Position numbers and translations under genes: made by a program. The notes under the pieces were generated by a model, which ran no database searches, was not told where the DNA came from, and saw only the letters and a list, made by a program, of their open reading frames with translations. DNA of 64,000 bases, taken from Dehalococcoidales bacterium. GTDB lineage: Bacteria; Chloroflexota; Dehalococcoidia; Dehalococcoidales; RBG-16-60-22. The stretch spans positions 66,223 to 130,222 of the forward strand of contig DAOUMS010000002.1 of the NCBI GenBank assembly GCA_034409565.1, written 5' to 3'. Below are positions 47,525 to 56,630 of this stretch, piece after piece. How positions within the stretch are numbered: position 1 is the first letter of the stretch; the number at the start of each line of letters is the position of its first letter.

Positions 47525-48385
47525 CTATGCTCCCTCGAGCAGAGCGCGTAGTTTTACCGCGTTGCTTTCACTGAGGGTGCCTTTGGCGATGCCGATAGGG
47601 ATGGTCTTGAGTCCCAGTTCTTTATAGAGGGGCAGGATATCCGGGGCGTATTTCTCCAGCGCTTCGAGGTGCCGCTGTATCGTCTTGACGTCCCCGCGGG
47701 CAATCGGTCCGGTTAGGCAGCCGGGGAAGCCAACATTGGTAATATTGTTCACCGAGCCCTGCAAAAGCGGGATGTACGCCCTGGTCGCCTCCTCGGTTGA
47801 CTTGCCGAAGTTCTGCCAGAGGTCAGTGGCTATTTTCACCAGCGTGTAGAAGTAGTTGCAGGCGATACAGGCAGCGGCGTGGTAGAGGGCTTTATCCTCG
47901 GAAGTGAGGTAAACCCAGTCGCCATCAAGGGCTTTGGCGATTTCGGTAAGCGTCTTTTTCAGGGGCTCATCGGCCTCAATGGCGAAGGTAGAGCCGGGCA
48001 GATTGGTGATGGCCTGTTCCCTGCCGGCAAAGGTCTGGCAGGGATGAATGGAGCCCACCGTGGCCCCCTGTTCCCTGGCGTGGTCTAGCGAGTGTACCGT
48101 GCTGGCGCCGCTGCAGTGGACGGCTGATTGTCCGGCGCGCCACCTGAGTTCGTCGGCAACCCTGGAGATGATGTCATCCGGCGTGGTGATAAAGACCATG
48201 TCGGCGCTGTCCGCCAGTTCCTGAGCCTGGTCGTAAATCCGGCATCCGGGTACATCACTGGCGAATCGCTGCGCTGCCTCCCGGATAATATCAAAGATAC
48301 CGATGATTTGATATCCGCGCTGCGACAGGTTTACCGCGAAGGCGGTACCCACTGGTCCTGCACCAATAAAACCGAGCTTTGGCAC
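47525..48385 (-). CDS. Rossmann-fold NAD(P)-binding protein (F420_oxidored/DUF2520-like)
   Basis: LGFIGAGPVGTA dinucleotide motif. The specific function is unclear. Confidence 0.55.
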   Translation of the reverse strand: MPKLGFIGAGPVGTAFAVNLSQRGYQIIGIFDIIREAAQRFASDVPGCRIYDQAQELADSADMVFITTPDDIISRVADELRWRAGQSAVHCSGASTVHSLDHAREQGATVGSIHPCQTFAGREQAITNLPGSTFAIEADEPLKKTLTEIAKALDGDWVYLTSEDKALYHAAACIACNYFYTLVKIATDLWQNFGKSTEEATRAYIPLLQGSVNNITNVGFPGCLTGPIARGDVKTIQRHLEALEKYAPDILPLYKELGLKTIPIGIAKGTLSESNAVKLRALLEGA

Positions 48386-48511
48386 GTCTGTTGCCTCCTC
48401 TCTGCCTATTCCCCCAGCACCTGTCCCCTTCGGCCAATATTATTTGACAGCGGAGAAATTTGTCAAGGCAAAGACAGCCCCGGCATTGCTGAACACCGTT
48501 TTAATCATATT

Positions 48512-48540
48512 TTGACAGGCCTGAAGGGGTCTGTTACAAT
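48512..48540 (+). promoter_or_regulatory. Candidate promoter TTGACA-N17-TACAAT for the aldolase operon
   Basis: Read directly. AGGAGG and TTG start 48588 follow. A second TTGACA (minus strand, 48466-48461) with TAATAT 18 nt downstream could serve the divergent gene. Confidence 0.4.
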
Positions 48541-48587
48541 GTGGCAGATTTTGACTGGGTAGACAGATTAGGTAGGAGGTAAAGGCA

Positions 48588-49349
48588 TTGAAGAATCCCG
48601 TAAAGGCGAAACTAAAGAAGGGTGAGGCTGTAATCGGAACCTTCATCATGATGGGACATCCTGATATGGCGGAGTGGCTTTCCCGGGTGGGGTTTGAATG
48701 GCTGCTGCTCGACCAAGAGCACACATCGACAAGTTACGAAACGCTGCAGCGCATGATGCAGGCAATGAACGGCAGCAACTGCGTGCCCATTGTACGACCA
48801 CAGTGGAATGACCCGGTGGTAATCAAGCGAATACTGGACATCGGTGCTTACGGAGTCATGGTTCCCTGGGTTAGCTCTAAAGAGGAGGCAGAGAATGCGG
48901 TGAGGTACTGCAAATACCCGCCGGAAGGTAACCGGGGTTGGGGTCCAAGGCGTGCCGGCATGTTCGACCCCGACTACTTTAGAACCGCCAATGATAACGT
49001 CATCGTCACCATTCAGATAGAAACGAAAAGGGCGCTCGATAACCTGGATGAGATTCTCTCCGTACCTGGCATCGATGCCTGCTATATCGGCCCATGGGAC
49101 CTCTCGATTAGCCTTGGCTTTGGCGTGCCTCCGCCTTGGCATGAGCCTCGATATCTGGAAGCGTACGACAGGGTTCTGGAAACTGCCCGCAAGCATGGCA
49201 AGCCGGCCGGCATGTTCTGTACTCCGGAGAATATTGAGTGGGCTCTGGAAAAAGGATTTTTATACAACACCGTCGGCATTGATGACGCCTTCGTCATCGA
49301 AGGTGCCAAAATGGCCCTGGAAAAAGCACGTAATGCCGCAAAGAAATAG
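48588..49349 (+). CDS. HpcH/HpaI-family 2-keto-3-deoxy-acid aldolase
   Basis: FEWLLLDQEH, VRP, QIET and IGPWDLS motifs. The TTG start follows AGGAGG. Confidence 0.85.
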   Translation: MKNPVKAKLKKGEAVIGTFIMMGHPDMAEWLSRVGFEWLLLDQEHTSTSYETLQRMMQAMNGSNCVPIVRPQWNDPVVIKRILDIGAYGVMVPWVSSKEEAENAVRYCKYPPEGNRGWGPRRAGMFDPDYFRTANDNVIVTIQIETKRALDNLDEILSVPGIDACYIGPWDLSISLGFGVPPPWHEPRYLEAYDRVLETARKHGKPAGMFCTPENIEWALEKGFLYNTVGIDDAFVIEGAKMALEKARNAAKK

Positions 49350-49361
49350 GCGGAGAAACAA

Positions 49362-50510
49362 ATGAAGATAACCGGTGTCAAGACCTACGTGCTGGCAGGA
49401 ATGCTGGAAAAACAGGCGTTCGGCTGGTCGCAGTGGGTGACTGACCGGCGCCAGACGGCCATCTGTGTGGTTTCCACCGATGAGGGGATTGACGGCGTCG
49501 GTGAAGCGTTTTTCGTCGGTGGCCCGTCGACTATCACCGCCACGATGATACAGGATGGCTACGCGCCCCTGCTTGCCGGGGCGGACCCTTTCCAGAGTGG
49601 CGTCATATGGGATTTCCTCTATAACCGGACCAGAGACCAGGGACAGAAAGGCCTGCCCATCTCCGCCCTCAGCGCTATCGATATCGCTCTCTGGGATATC
49701 AAAGGCAAGGCGCTGGGTGTGCCTGTGTATAAACTACTGGGCGGGGCCTATCGCCGCAAAGCGCACGTCTATGCTACCGGTCTCTATGAGCCGCAGCATG
49801 TGCCCAGCATAAAAGAGGCGCTGGTGGCAGAGGCCCTTGGCTACAAGAAGGACGGCTTCTCGGCGATGAAGCTCAAGATAGGCTACGGCATTGAAACCGA
49901 CATGGAATACGTGCGGGCGGTGAGAGAAGCCATTGGCGATGAAATGATACTGATGGTGGACGCCAACCATGCCTATAATGCCGCCGAGGCCATCCGGCTG
50001 GCCCGCAGGATGGAAGCCTATAATATCTACTGGCTGGAGGAACCGGTGCCGCCGGAAGATATTGATGGCTACGTTGAAGTGAAGCAAAAGTCCAGCACCC
50101 TCATCACCGGCGGCGAGTGCGAATATACCCGGTTCGGCTTCCGGGAACTGATTACCCGGCGGGCGGTGGACATACTGCAGCCCGACCTCTGTGCTGCTGG
50201 GGGCTTTACCGAGATGATGCGGATACTGGCGCTGGCCAGCGCCTGGAACGTGCCGGTTATACCCCACGTCTGGGGGACAAATGTGGGGCTGGCGGCAGCC
50301 CTGCAGCTGTTCGCTGTCCTGCCCAACTTCCCCGAGCGTCGCTTCCCTGCGGAGCCGCTTTTTGAGTATGACCGCTCCCCGCATCCCTTCCGCGATAAGG
50401 TAACGAGGGAGCAGTTTGTTATGAAGGAAGGTTATCTTGATATTCCAGAGCGTCCCGGGCTCGGGGTAACGCTGGACCTGGATTACGTTCGGGGACATGC
50501 CACCAGTTAG
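49362..50510 (+). CDS. Enolase-superfamily enzyme (mandelate racemase/muconate lactonizing family)
   Basis: MKITGVKTY..DEGIDGVGEA, with MVDANHAY, WLEEP and GGE metal-ligand positions. Confidence 0.85.
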   Translation: MKITGVKTYVLAGMLEKQAFGWSQWVTDRRQTAICVVSTDEGIDGVGEAFFVGGPSTITATMIQDGYAPLLAGADPFQSGVIWDFLYNRTRDQGQKGLPISALSAIDIALWDIKGKALGVPVYKLLGGAYRRKAHVYATGLYEPQHVPSIKEALVAEALGYKKDGFSAMKLKIGYGIETDMEYVRAVREAIGDEMILMVDANHAYNAAEAIRLARRMEAYNIYWLEEPVPPEDIDGYVEVKQKSSTLITGGECEYTRFGFRELITRRAVDILQPDLCAAGGFTEMMRILALASAWNVPVIPHVWGTNVGLAAALQLFAVLPNFPERRFPAEPLFEYDRSPHPFRDKVTREQFVMKEGYLDIPERPGLGVTLDLDYVRGHATS

Positions 50511-50736
50511 TGCCATTTCAAAAAGGTATGGCATTTGAACATGTATTCATACCATAAGTTTTCCGTGTCTGATGACAAGATTTAAAAAAATTTTCGCGAT
50601 TTCAGATTTAAGTAGTGCAAAACAGAATAATTTATGGTATATTATGGTTTGCTGGCTGAAAAATAAAAGCTGTGCTGGTGCCCAAACTGTCAGCTCGGTT
50701 TGAAACCAGGGAACCTGAGACAAAGGAGGGCTTCAG

Positions 50737-51351
50737 ATGGTCAGGGAAGCTGGTATCCAGTTAATATGCCGTCAGTGCGGTAATGAATTCATCTTGACCA
50801 AGGCTGAGCAGGAGTTCTACGAGTTAAAAGGTTTCAATCTGCCCTCCCGTTGCAAGGAATGCCGCTCCAGTAAACAGGCCAGGGTGCAACCCCCCGTCTG
50901 CTCTCAGTGTGGCACGGAACTGGACAAAGGCAAGTCCATTTACTGTGCCAGTTGTCTGCAGACCGCGCACTTTGAGCTGGAGAAAGAGAACAAGCAGGTC
51001 AAGATGGCCATCAGCGCTGCACGGAGCAAGCTGGAAGCGAGCGAATCAAGGAAAGCGGAGCTTGCCGAGTTGCTCCGGCAGAAAGAGCAGGAGCTGGATG
51101 AGCTGGAACAGAAGGTCGAAAGCCTGACCGAGGACCTGGATAAAGCGCAGCAGTTTTACGCCGCTTCAGGCTGGCTGCAGCCCGTACTGAACGACATTGG
51201 AAAACGACTTGAAGAACTGGAGCACGCCCAGCTCGATATAACACAGAAAGTCCTCCGGACTATTCGCGCTATGCAGGAGCGTTATGATAATCTCGGGGTT
51301 GTGGACGTAATCAAGCGCAACCTGAGGCAGAGTATCAAGGAAGAGGCCTGA
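50737..51351 (+). CDS. Zinc-ribbon plus coiled-coil hypothetical protein
   Basis: N-terminal CRQCGNEF..AEQEFY..CKEC and CSQC..CASC, then about 120 aa of heptad-like E/K/L/Q-rich sequence. Confidence 0.55.
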   Translation: MVREAGIQLICRQCGNEFILTKAEQEFYELKGFNLPSRCKECRSSKQARVQPPVCSQCGTELDKGKSIYCASCLQTAHFELEKENKQVKMAISAARSKLEASESRKAELAELLRQKEQELDELEQKVESLTEDLDKAQQFYAASGWLQPVLNDIGKRLEELEHAQLDITQKVLRTIRAMQERYDNLGVVDVIKRNLRQSIKEEA

Positions 51352-51394
51352 ACCGGGTATCGTTGAATCCTTCAGGGCGGTATTTGTACATGCA

Positions 51395-51431
51395 GGCAGG
51401 GTGACTGGAAAACAGGCCCTGCCTTTTGTTT
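51395..51431 (+). terminator. Intrinsic terminator (GGCAGGG...CCCTGCC plus TTTTGTTT)
   Basis: A 7-bp GC-rich stem followed by a T-run, 44 nt after the stop at 51351. Confidence 0.6.
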
Positions 51432-51502
51432 AACATGGGATAAAAAATGTAAACGCGCCAGGCTGGCCTGATTAAGAGAACAGCTTGATAGGGGGGTGTG
51501 CT

Positions 51503-52294
51503 ATGGCTTTAAAAGAAAGCCAGCTTGACACGCTGGCGCAGGAACTTCAGGAAGTGGAGAAAACCCGTCGTCCCAGTACCAACCTTACCGACCGTTACCC
51601 GGAGATAACCATCGCCGAGGCCTACTCCATACAATTGCGCATCATTCGAGCCAGGATCAATCAGGGGCAGGTGGTGGTGGGCAAGAAGGTAGGGCTGTGC
51701 AGCCGGGCGATGCAGGAGCTGCTCGGCGTTCATGAACCAGATTACGGCCATATCCTCAATACCATGGTGGTCTCCGAAGGTGAGCCGATATCAATGGGTC
51801 GTCTGGTGCAGCCGAAAATGGAAGGTGAAATCTGTTTCCTTATGGGGCAGGACCTTAAAGGCCCCGGTGTGAACGTGGCCCGCGTGCTGGAGGCTACTGC
51901 CGGAGTTATACCGGCGCTTGAAATCATCGATTCCCGTTTTAAAGACTGGAAAATAAAAATTCAGGACACCGTTGCCGACAACGGGGGCAGCGCGCTGGTG
52001 GTTCTCGGCGGTCAGTTGACGCCAGTGGCTGGTATTGACTTGAGGCTGGTGGGGATGGTGCTGGAGAAAAACGGTGAGATTATTGCCAGTGGGGCGGGGG
52101 CGGCGGTGCTGGGAAATCCGGTACAGGCGGTGGCTTGGCTGGCGAACAAGCTCGGCGAACATGGCATCGGCCTGCATGCCGGGGAGTTCATCATGTCCGG
52201 CTCGGTAACGGCGGCGGTGCCCATCGCGGCGGGCGACTGTTTCCATGTCGCCTTTGACCGGCTGGGCTCGGTGACGGCAAGGTTTATCGAGTGA
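51503..52294 (+). CDS. 2-keto-4-pentenoate / 2-oxohepta-3-ene-1,7-dioate hydratase family
   Basis: MhpD/HpcG-like pattern: AYSIQ.., GKKVGL, EPDYGHIL, EGEICF, ALEIIDSR. I set the start to ATG 51503. Confidence 0.8.
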   Translation: MALKESQLDTLAQELQEVEKTRRPSTNLTDRYPEITIAEAYSIQLRIIRARINQGQVVVGKKVGLCSRAMQELLGVHEPDYGHILNTMVVSEGEPISMGRLVQPKMEGEICFLMGQDLKGPGVNVARVLEATAGVIPALEIIDSRFKDWKIKIQDTVADNGGSALVVLGGQLTPVAGIDLRLVGMVLEKNGEIIASGAGAAVLGNPVQAVAWLANKLGEHGIGLHAGEFIMSGSVTAAVPIAAGDCFHVAFDRLGSVTARFIE

Positions 52295-52390
52295 TATAAT
52301 CGGTCCAAGGCCACGGCTCAAATTAATAAGTGGCCCACTAGCTGGAGCACATCGCCCAAGCTACTATACTCTCTAATGACCCCACCGGGT

Positions 52391-53446
52391 TCAGAACTTC
52401 AATAGAGGGGCTAAATTTTCCCCGCTATACATGGAATCAAAAGCTCGCTGAACGTCCTCTATCGGGATAATCTCAGAAATAAGCGGTTTGACATCGACCT
52501 GTTTATTGGCTATCAGGCGCATGGAGGCATAGATTAACCCGCTGGGCCCGCCGAATCCGCCGGCGATGGCGGTAAACCTTAATTGCTTTTTCCACCAGGT
52601 CATCGGGTCAATCTCAGTTGGCAGAGCGTATCCGGCCAGGCCGATGATGCCAGCGCGTCTGACCATGTCCGCAGCCTGGTTTAAGACATCGCCGCTCCGT
52701 ACGCAAATAATGACCACGTCCGGGCCTGCCTCCGTGAGCTTTACCACCTCGGCGACAACGTCAACTTGTCCGGGATTTAAAGCCGCATCGGCGCCTATTT
52801 CCAGGGCCTTATCCAGACGGGACTGGACCAAGTCAATGACGATAACCGGGAAGGCGCCAGCCGCTTTGGCGCACAGCATCGTGCCCAGGCCGATTTTACC
52901 CGCCCCGATAACGGCTACTGACTCCCCTGGCTTCAGGCCGGTGGTCCTGACGGCGCTGACGCCGGTGCGGAGAGGTTCCACCAGGGCTGCTTCCTCATCG
53001 GACACATTATCGGGTATTCTCTGCACCGAGTGTGGTTCCCTGACGAAATACTCGGCCATTGACCCGAGCCGGCTGGCGTATTCTCTGACTACTTTGGGCA
53101 GGGTGCGTGGTGATACGTCCTTACCTTGGCACAGATGGTGTAACTGGCGGCGGCAATAGTAGCACTCACCGCAGGGCAGCAGGTAGTCACCGGTGGTAAC
53201 CCGGTCGCCGACTGACCACCCGTCAACCCCTTCACCTACCTCGGCTACCTCGGCGGCGAACTCATGACCAAGTATAGCTCCTGCCTTGAGGGGGTTGCCT
53301 GACATCTGATTATCCACATATTCAAGGTCAGTGCCGCAGATGGAGCAGTATCTGGTCTTCAGCAAGAGCGTTCCCGGTTTTACCGTTGGCGTTGGCACCT
53401 CCTCACAGACGATGTGTCTTTTACCTTTGACCACGGCCGCTTTCAT
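52391..53446 (-). CDS. Zn-dependent medium-chain alcohol/polyol dehydrogenase
   Basis: CSICGTDL, GHEFAAEV, structural-zinc CGECYYCR and GAGKIGLG. I set the start to ATG 53446 (MKAAVVKG). Confidence 0.85.
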   Translation of the reverse strand: MKAAVVKGKRHIVCEEVPTPTVKPGTLLLKTRYCSICGTDLEYVDNQMSGNPLKAGAILGHEFAAEVAEVGEGVDGWSVGDRVTTGDYLLPCGECYYCRRQLHHLCQGKDVSPRTLPKVVREYASRLGSMAEYFVREPHSVQRIPDNVSDEEAALVEPLRTGVSAVRTTGLKPGESVAVIGAGKIGLGTMLCAKAAGAFPVIVIDLVQSRLDKALEIGADAALNPGQVDVVAEVVKLTEAGPDVVIICVRSGDVLNQAADMVRRAGIIGLAGYALPTEIDPMTWWKKQLRFTAIAGGFGGPSGLIYASMRLIANKQVDVKPLISEIIPIEDVQRAFDSMYSGENLAPLLKF

Positions 53447-53626
53447 CAGTGTTACTCCTTTTAAATCCCTGGTTGATATTCTCCGCATAACAAGCCGTGC
53501 CGCTCCATACAGCAACAGCCTGTGGGACTCACTAGGCATTGTAATTATGAGGTTATGAGCATGTCAAATCTGTTTGGCCGGGTATCTGCTCTGGTAATCA
53601 AAGAGGTCTGGCAAGCCCCGGCTGCT

Positions 53627-53662
53627 GAAATAATAAGAAAGGCACAGCGCTCACACTGTGCC
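53627..53662 (-). terminator. Intrinsic terminator after the DUF3303-like gene
   Basis: The minus strand reads GGCACAG-tgtgagcg-CTGTGCC followed by TTTCTTATTATTT. Confidence 0.5.
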
Positions 53663-53743
53663 CTCCCATCGGGTACATTGGTTTACAGAAATTGTCACTT
53701 GTCTAAGTTCTACATCCTGTATGTGGTGTAAATGATGCCCCCG

Positions 53744-54013
53744 TTACTTAGCGGAGAGAAGTTTCAATAATTCTTCTGTTGGCATTACCGGGATAACCTC
53801 AATCTTACCGAGGTCAGCCCATGCCGCCGCGGCTCCTGCCATAGAGCGAGGGTCCTCTACCTCTACCAGTCTAAAAACCCGGCCTCCGGTTAGTGCACTC
53901 CACTCGCCAATAATTTTCGATCCTGGGGGTACCATCGCTCCTTTTTCTGCTCTCCGCTTAATCACTGCCTCTCTGTTCGCGGGCTCATACGTATAAGTAC
54001 TCATGAATAACAT
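53744..54013 (-). CDS. DUF3303-like small protein
   Basis: 89 aa. The pattern MLFM..Y..........R..EKG...P.G.K.IG.W......R.F.L.E..D......A..W.DL.K.EV.PV resembles DUF3303. Confidence 0.55.
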   Translation of the reverse strand: MLFMSTYTYEPANREAVIKRRAEKGAMVPPGSKIIGEWSALTGGRVFRLVEVEDPRSMAGAAAAWADLGKIEVIPVMPTEELLKLLSAK

Positions 54014-54237
54014 TTGCGTATAGCCTCCTTTGTCATTAAATTAGTCTGGTAACTACCGAGTATAAAGACCACCACCTGGATTGTCAATACCCCCCCATTT
54101 TTTCCCAGAATGGCGTATAATTATATTAGATATTTACCTCTGCCAATTCCCTTCTGACTGTGGAACAGGCTTATCTATCGTATTGGCAGAAATGAACCAG
54201 GCACCGCCCTTGGCAGCGGTCAAAATGGAGGTGGGAG

Positions 54238-55194
54238 ATGAAAGGCAAAAAGGCCAAAGGAAAGCAACTTATCAAAATTGAGGAAATCGCCCCGGAGAGC
54301 ATGAACCTGGAAGAATCGCAACTGGCGGAGCAGTTATACAGCAGTGCCGGATTGGATCCTGTGGTTGACGCCGGACTGAAGGACTATGATAGCCGGCTGG
54401 AAATGGAAAATAAGCTGATCAGCAAGGTGCTCGGTCCGCGGGGCAGTGATATAAAGGGCTACGGGGAGGCGGTGGCCAAGAGAGTGGCCTTTGCGGTATA
54501 TACCTTATTGAATAAGCAGTATGGTGGCAAAGTGGGCGACCTGAGGTCATACCTGATGGCACTGGAAGAAGAACGGGACCGGGCAAACACGAAGTATGAT
54601 GAACTTCTGGGAAGGGTGGTCGGGATACTGGGCGACGAGTATAAAGAGTTAAGAACTGATTCCCAAGTATTTATGGAAAAGTTAACCACGGTATTGGGGG
54701 AAGACCTCAAGGAGTCAAAGATTGATAACGAAGCACTGGCGGCGAGGTTGGCCGATATAGACGGTCTGAGGTCGCAAATAAAGACCCTGATTGAGGAGAA
54801 GGCACAGCAAAAGGAAAGTTACGAATCGCAAATGACAGCGCTGAGAAGTGAGCATGACGAAGAGATAGCAAACTTAAAAACACAAATAGCGGAACTGGAT
54901 TCAAGAATAGAAAACCTGGAATCGGAAAAAACAACCTTAACCGCTGACCTGGCCAATTTGAAAGAGGCGGTAACAAAGCTGTCCGGGGAAATCCCTTATG
55001 CAGAGATTAAGGAAAAGATAGGGCAGGAGTTATATCAGTTTCTTCTCCACGATTCCAAAGTGCCGGACATGGTGATAGATGGCGTCGGGAAATTCATTGA
55101 CTTCAAAAAGTACCTGGGCATGGCGGCGGAGAAGGGAGCCGGGGAAGCAAGCAGGATAGCTGAAAAAACCCTGGGCGAAGTGCTACCAAAGTAA
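54238..55194 (+). CDS. Coiled-coil hypothetical protein (318 aa)
   Basis: GGAGGTGGGAG precedes the ATG. It has a long E/K/L-rich heptad region and I recognise no family. Confidence 0.5.
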   Translation: MKGKKAKGKQLIKIEEIAPESMNLEESQLAEQLYSSAGLDPVVDAGLKDYDSRLEMENKLISKVLGPRGSDIKGYGEAVAKRVAFAVYTLLNKQYGGKVGDLRSYLMALEEERDRANTKYDELLGRVVGILGDEYKELRTDSQVFMEKLTTVLGEDLKESKIDNEALAARLADIDGLRSQIKTLIEEKAQQKESYESQMTALRSEHDEEIANLKTQIAELDSRIENLESEKTTLTADLANLKEAVTKLSGEIPYAEIKEKIGQELYQFLLHDSKVPDMVIDGVGKFIDFKKYLGMAAEKGAGEASRIAEKTLGEVLPK

Positions 55195-55205
55195 GACTGA
55201 AGTAA

Positions 55206-55236
55206 CCTGGCGAGCCTAGATTTGTGACGTGGGGCT
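55206..55236 (+). repeat. 31-bp direct repeat, copy A (cctggcgagcctagatttgtgacgtggggct)
   Basis: Matches 56078-56108 at 29 of 31 positions. Confidence 0.85.
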
Positions 55237-55291
55237 CATAGGATATACCTATGCTAAGCATGGTAGAGTAAACCACTGCATAACTACCATT

Positions 55292-55927
55292 TTAGCCACT
55301 AAGCGCGAAAGGTGGATAACTGTCAGTGGTCAACAGGAAAGCATATGCGGCTACTCTCAGCGACCATCTATACACGCCGACAACAAAATCAAACAGGCCT
55401 CTTGGATACCGACCAGTAAACAATATAGCGAACCATGCAATCACTACACACACTATTGCAGCAATCCAGAGGAACCATAGAATAATGCAGTGTGGTATAG
55501 CTAATAACCATTTCACTAATGGCAGCCAACGATTCAGTTCGTTTTTCGCGTCAGGGTATGGAATCTCAATGTGCACTACCTGGTCTTCGTCAGTCGATGG
55601 ATATTCATCCGTGAGCAAATCAATATAAGCTGCAACACGAGCGCCGAACTTTGTCAGCGCCACATTCCAGTCAAACCACCATTTGGGATATTTCTGCCTG
55701 AATAGGAGCATTAACACTATTGGCAGAAAAACGAGTCCCGCTGCAGCATATCGGTAGACCCACTCACCTGTCCCTTCCCATCCGAATTCAGCACTGGTTA
55801 ATAAGCCAATAACAATGACGATTGGAATAGCTGTGAAAATCCTGAAAAAAGTTGTTAGTCTGTTTAGATTTCTATCAGGGTAGTCGATGGACAAGCGAAC
55901 TGGATACGCAGTTGAAGTTCTGGCCAT
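55292..55927 (-). CDS. DUF4389-like membrane protein
   Basis: RLSIDYPDR..NRLTTFFRIFTAIP and WFAILFTGRYPRGLFDF..YRWSLRVAAY..LLTD.YPPF. Confidence 0.7.
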   Translation of the reverse strand: MARTSTAYPVRLSIDYPDRNLNRLTTFFRIFTAIPIVIVIGLLTSAEFGWEGTGEWVYRYAAAGLVFLPIVLMLLFRQKYPKWWFDWNVALTKFGARVAAYIDLLTDEYPSTDEDQVVHIEIPYPDAKNELNRWLPLVKWLLAIPHCIILWFLWIAAIVCVVIAWFAILFTGRYPRGLFDFVVGVYRWSLRVAAYAFLLTTDSYPPFALSG

Positions 55928-56077
55928 AATACTCCCTCCTACTTATTACTACTTTGTTTAGATATTATAGCACTGGCTGTCAAGCATTATAACAGGCTCC
56001 ATTTCTCAACGTGGCGCTCCGCCCTATTGGGAAAGCTGCAAGAGGTAAGTTGTGAGGCGTATGGTACTCTTTTCAGT

Positions 56078-56108
56078 CCTGGCGAGCCTGGATTTGTGAC
56101 GTGGCGCT
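56078..56108 (+). repeat. 31-bp direct repeat, copy B (cctggcgagcctggatttgtgacgtggcgct)
   Basis: See copy A. Confidence 0.85.
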
Positions 56109-56117
56109 TGCGGGGCA

Positions 56118-56146
56118 TTGACAGAGTTACTATCTCAAAGTAGTAT
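56118..56146 (+). promoter_or_regulatory. Candidate promoter TTGACA-N17-TAGTAT
   Basis: Read directly. It lies 50 nt upstream of the small ORF at 56196. Confidence 0.35.
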
Positions 56147-56195
56147 CAATCCAAGCAACGTAATTAATCTGCGGGTTTAGAGGAGGGTAGTTAAG

Positions 56196-56372
56196 ATGTC
56201 TGACGGGTGTTCAAATATCAAGAAATATATGTTTGCGGTTGCTATTGGTGCAGTTGGGGGTGGAATTCTGGCAACGTTAGCTACGCGAGCTATTCCTAAG
56301 ATGATTCCAAGAATGATGCAGAACATGATGTCTCATATGGGTGGAGAAGGTTGCAGCCCAGCTGAGATGTGA
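56196..56372 (+). CDS. Unlisted 58-aa membrane peptide with Met-rich tail
   Basis: AGGAGGG lies 8 nt before the ATG. The product is MSDGCSNIKKYMFAVAIGAVGGGILATLATRAIPKMIPRMMQNMMSHMGGEGCSPAEM. It falls below the 60-aa track cutoff. Confidence 0.45.
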   Translation: MSDGCSNIKKYMFAVAIGAVGGGILATLATRAIPKMIPRMMQNMMSHMGGEGCSPAEM

Positions 56373-56503
56373 CAGAAAATGATGGGGTCTTTGGAGAAGG
56401 CCGAGAGTGAAGCTGAGTAAACAAACTAAAAGTGATTTTAAGGGAGAATCATCAGACTATTGATAGTTTGGCAGAACGAGTTCTCATGCAAAAAAGGAAG
56501 TTC

Positions 56504-56578
56504 TGGCTCCCCGAGCTGGACTCGAACCAACAACCTAGCGGTTAACAGCCGCCCGCTCTACCATTGAGCTATCGGGGA
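56504..56578 (-). tRNA. tRNA-Asn (anticodon GTT), CCA encoded
   Basis: The reverse complement folds as TCCCCGA-TA-GCTC-AATGGTA-GAGC-G-GGCGG-CTGTTAA-CCGCT-AGGTT-GTTGG-TTCGAGT-CCAGC-TCGGGGA-G-CCA. Confidence 0.93.
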
Positions 56579-56599
56579 GTGCCGTGTCAGACCAAGTTT

Positions 56600-56628
56600 A
56601 TTATCGTAATTCTGGCGGCTAAAGTCAA
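56600..56628 (-). promoter_or_regulatory. Candidate tRNA-Asn promoter TTGACT-N17-GATAAT
   Basis: On the minus strand the -35 is at 56628-56623 and the -10 at 56605-56600, about 20 nt upstream of the tRNA 5-prime end. Confidence 0.4.
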
Positions 56629-56630
56629 GA

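Noticed and set aside
53522-53731. A 69-aa plus-strand ORF in the spacer between the dehydrogenase and the DUF3303 gene.
   Set aside because: It has no SD and spans the minus-strand intrinsic terminator hairpin. Its composition is not protein-like.
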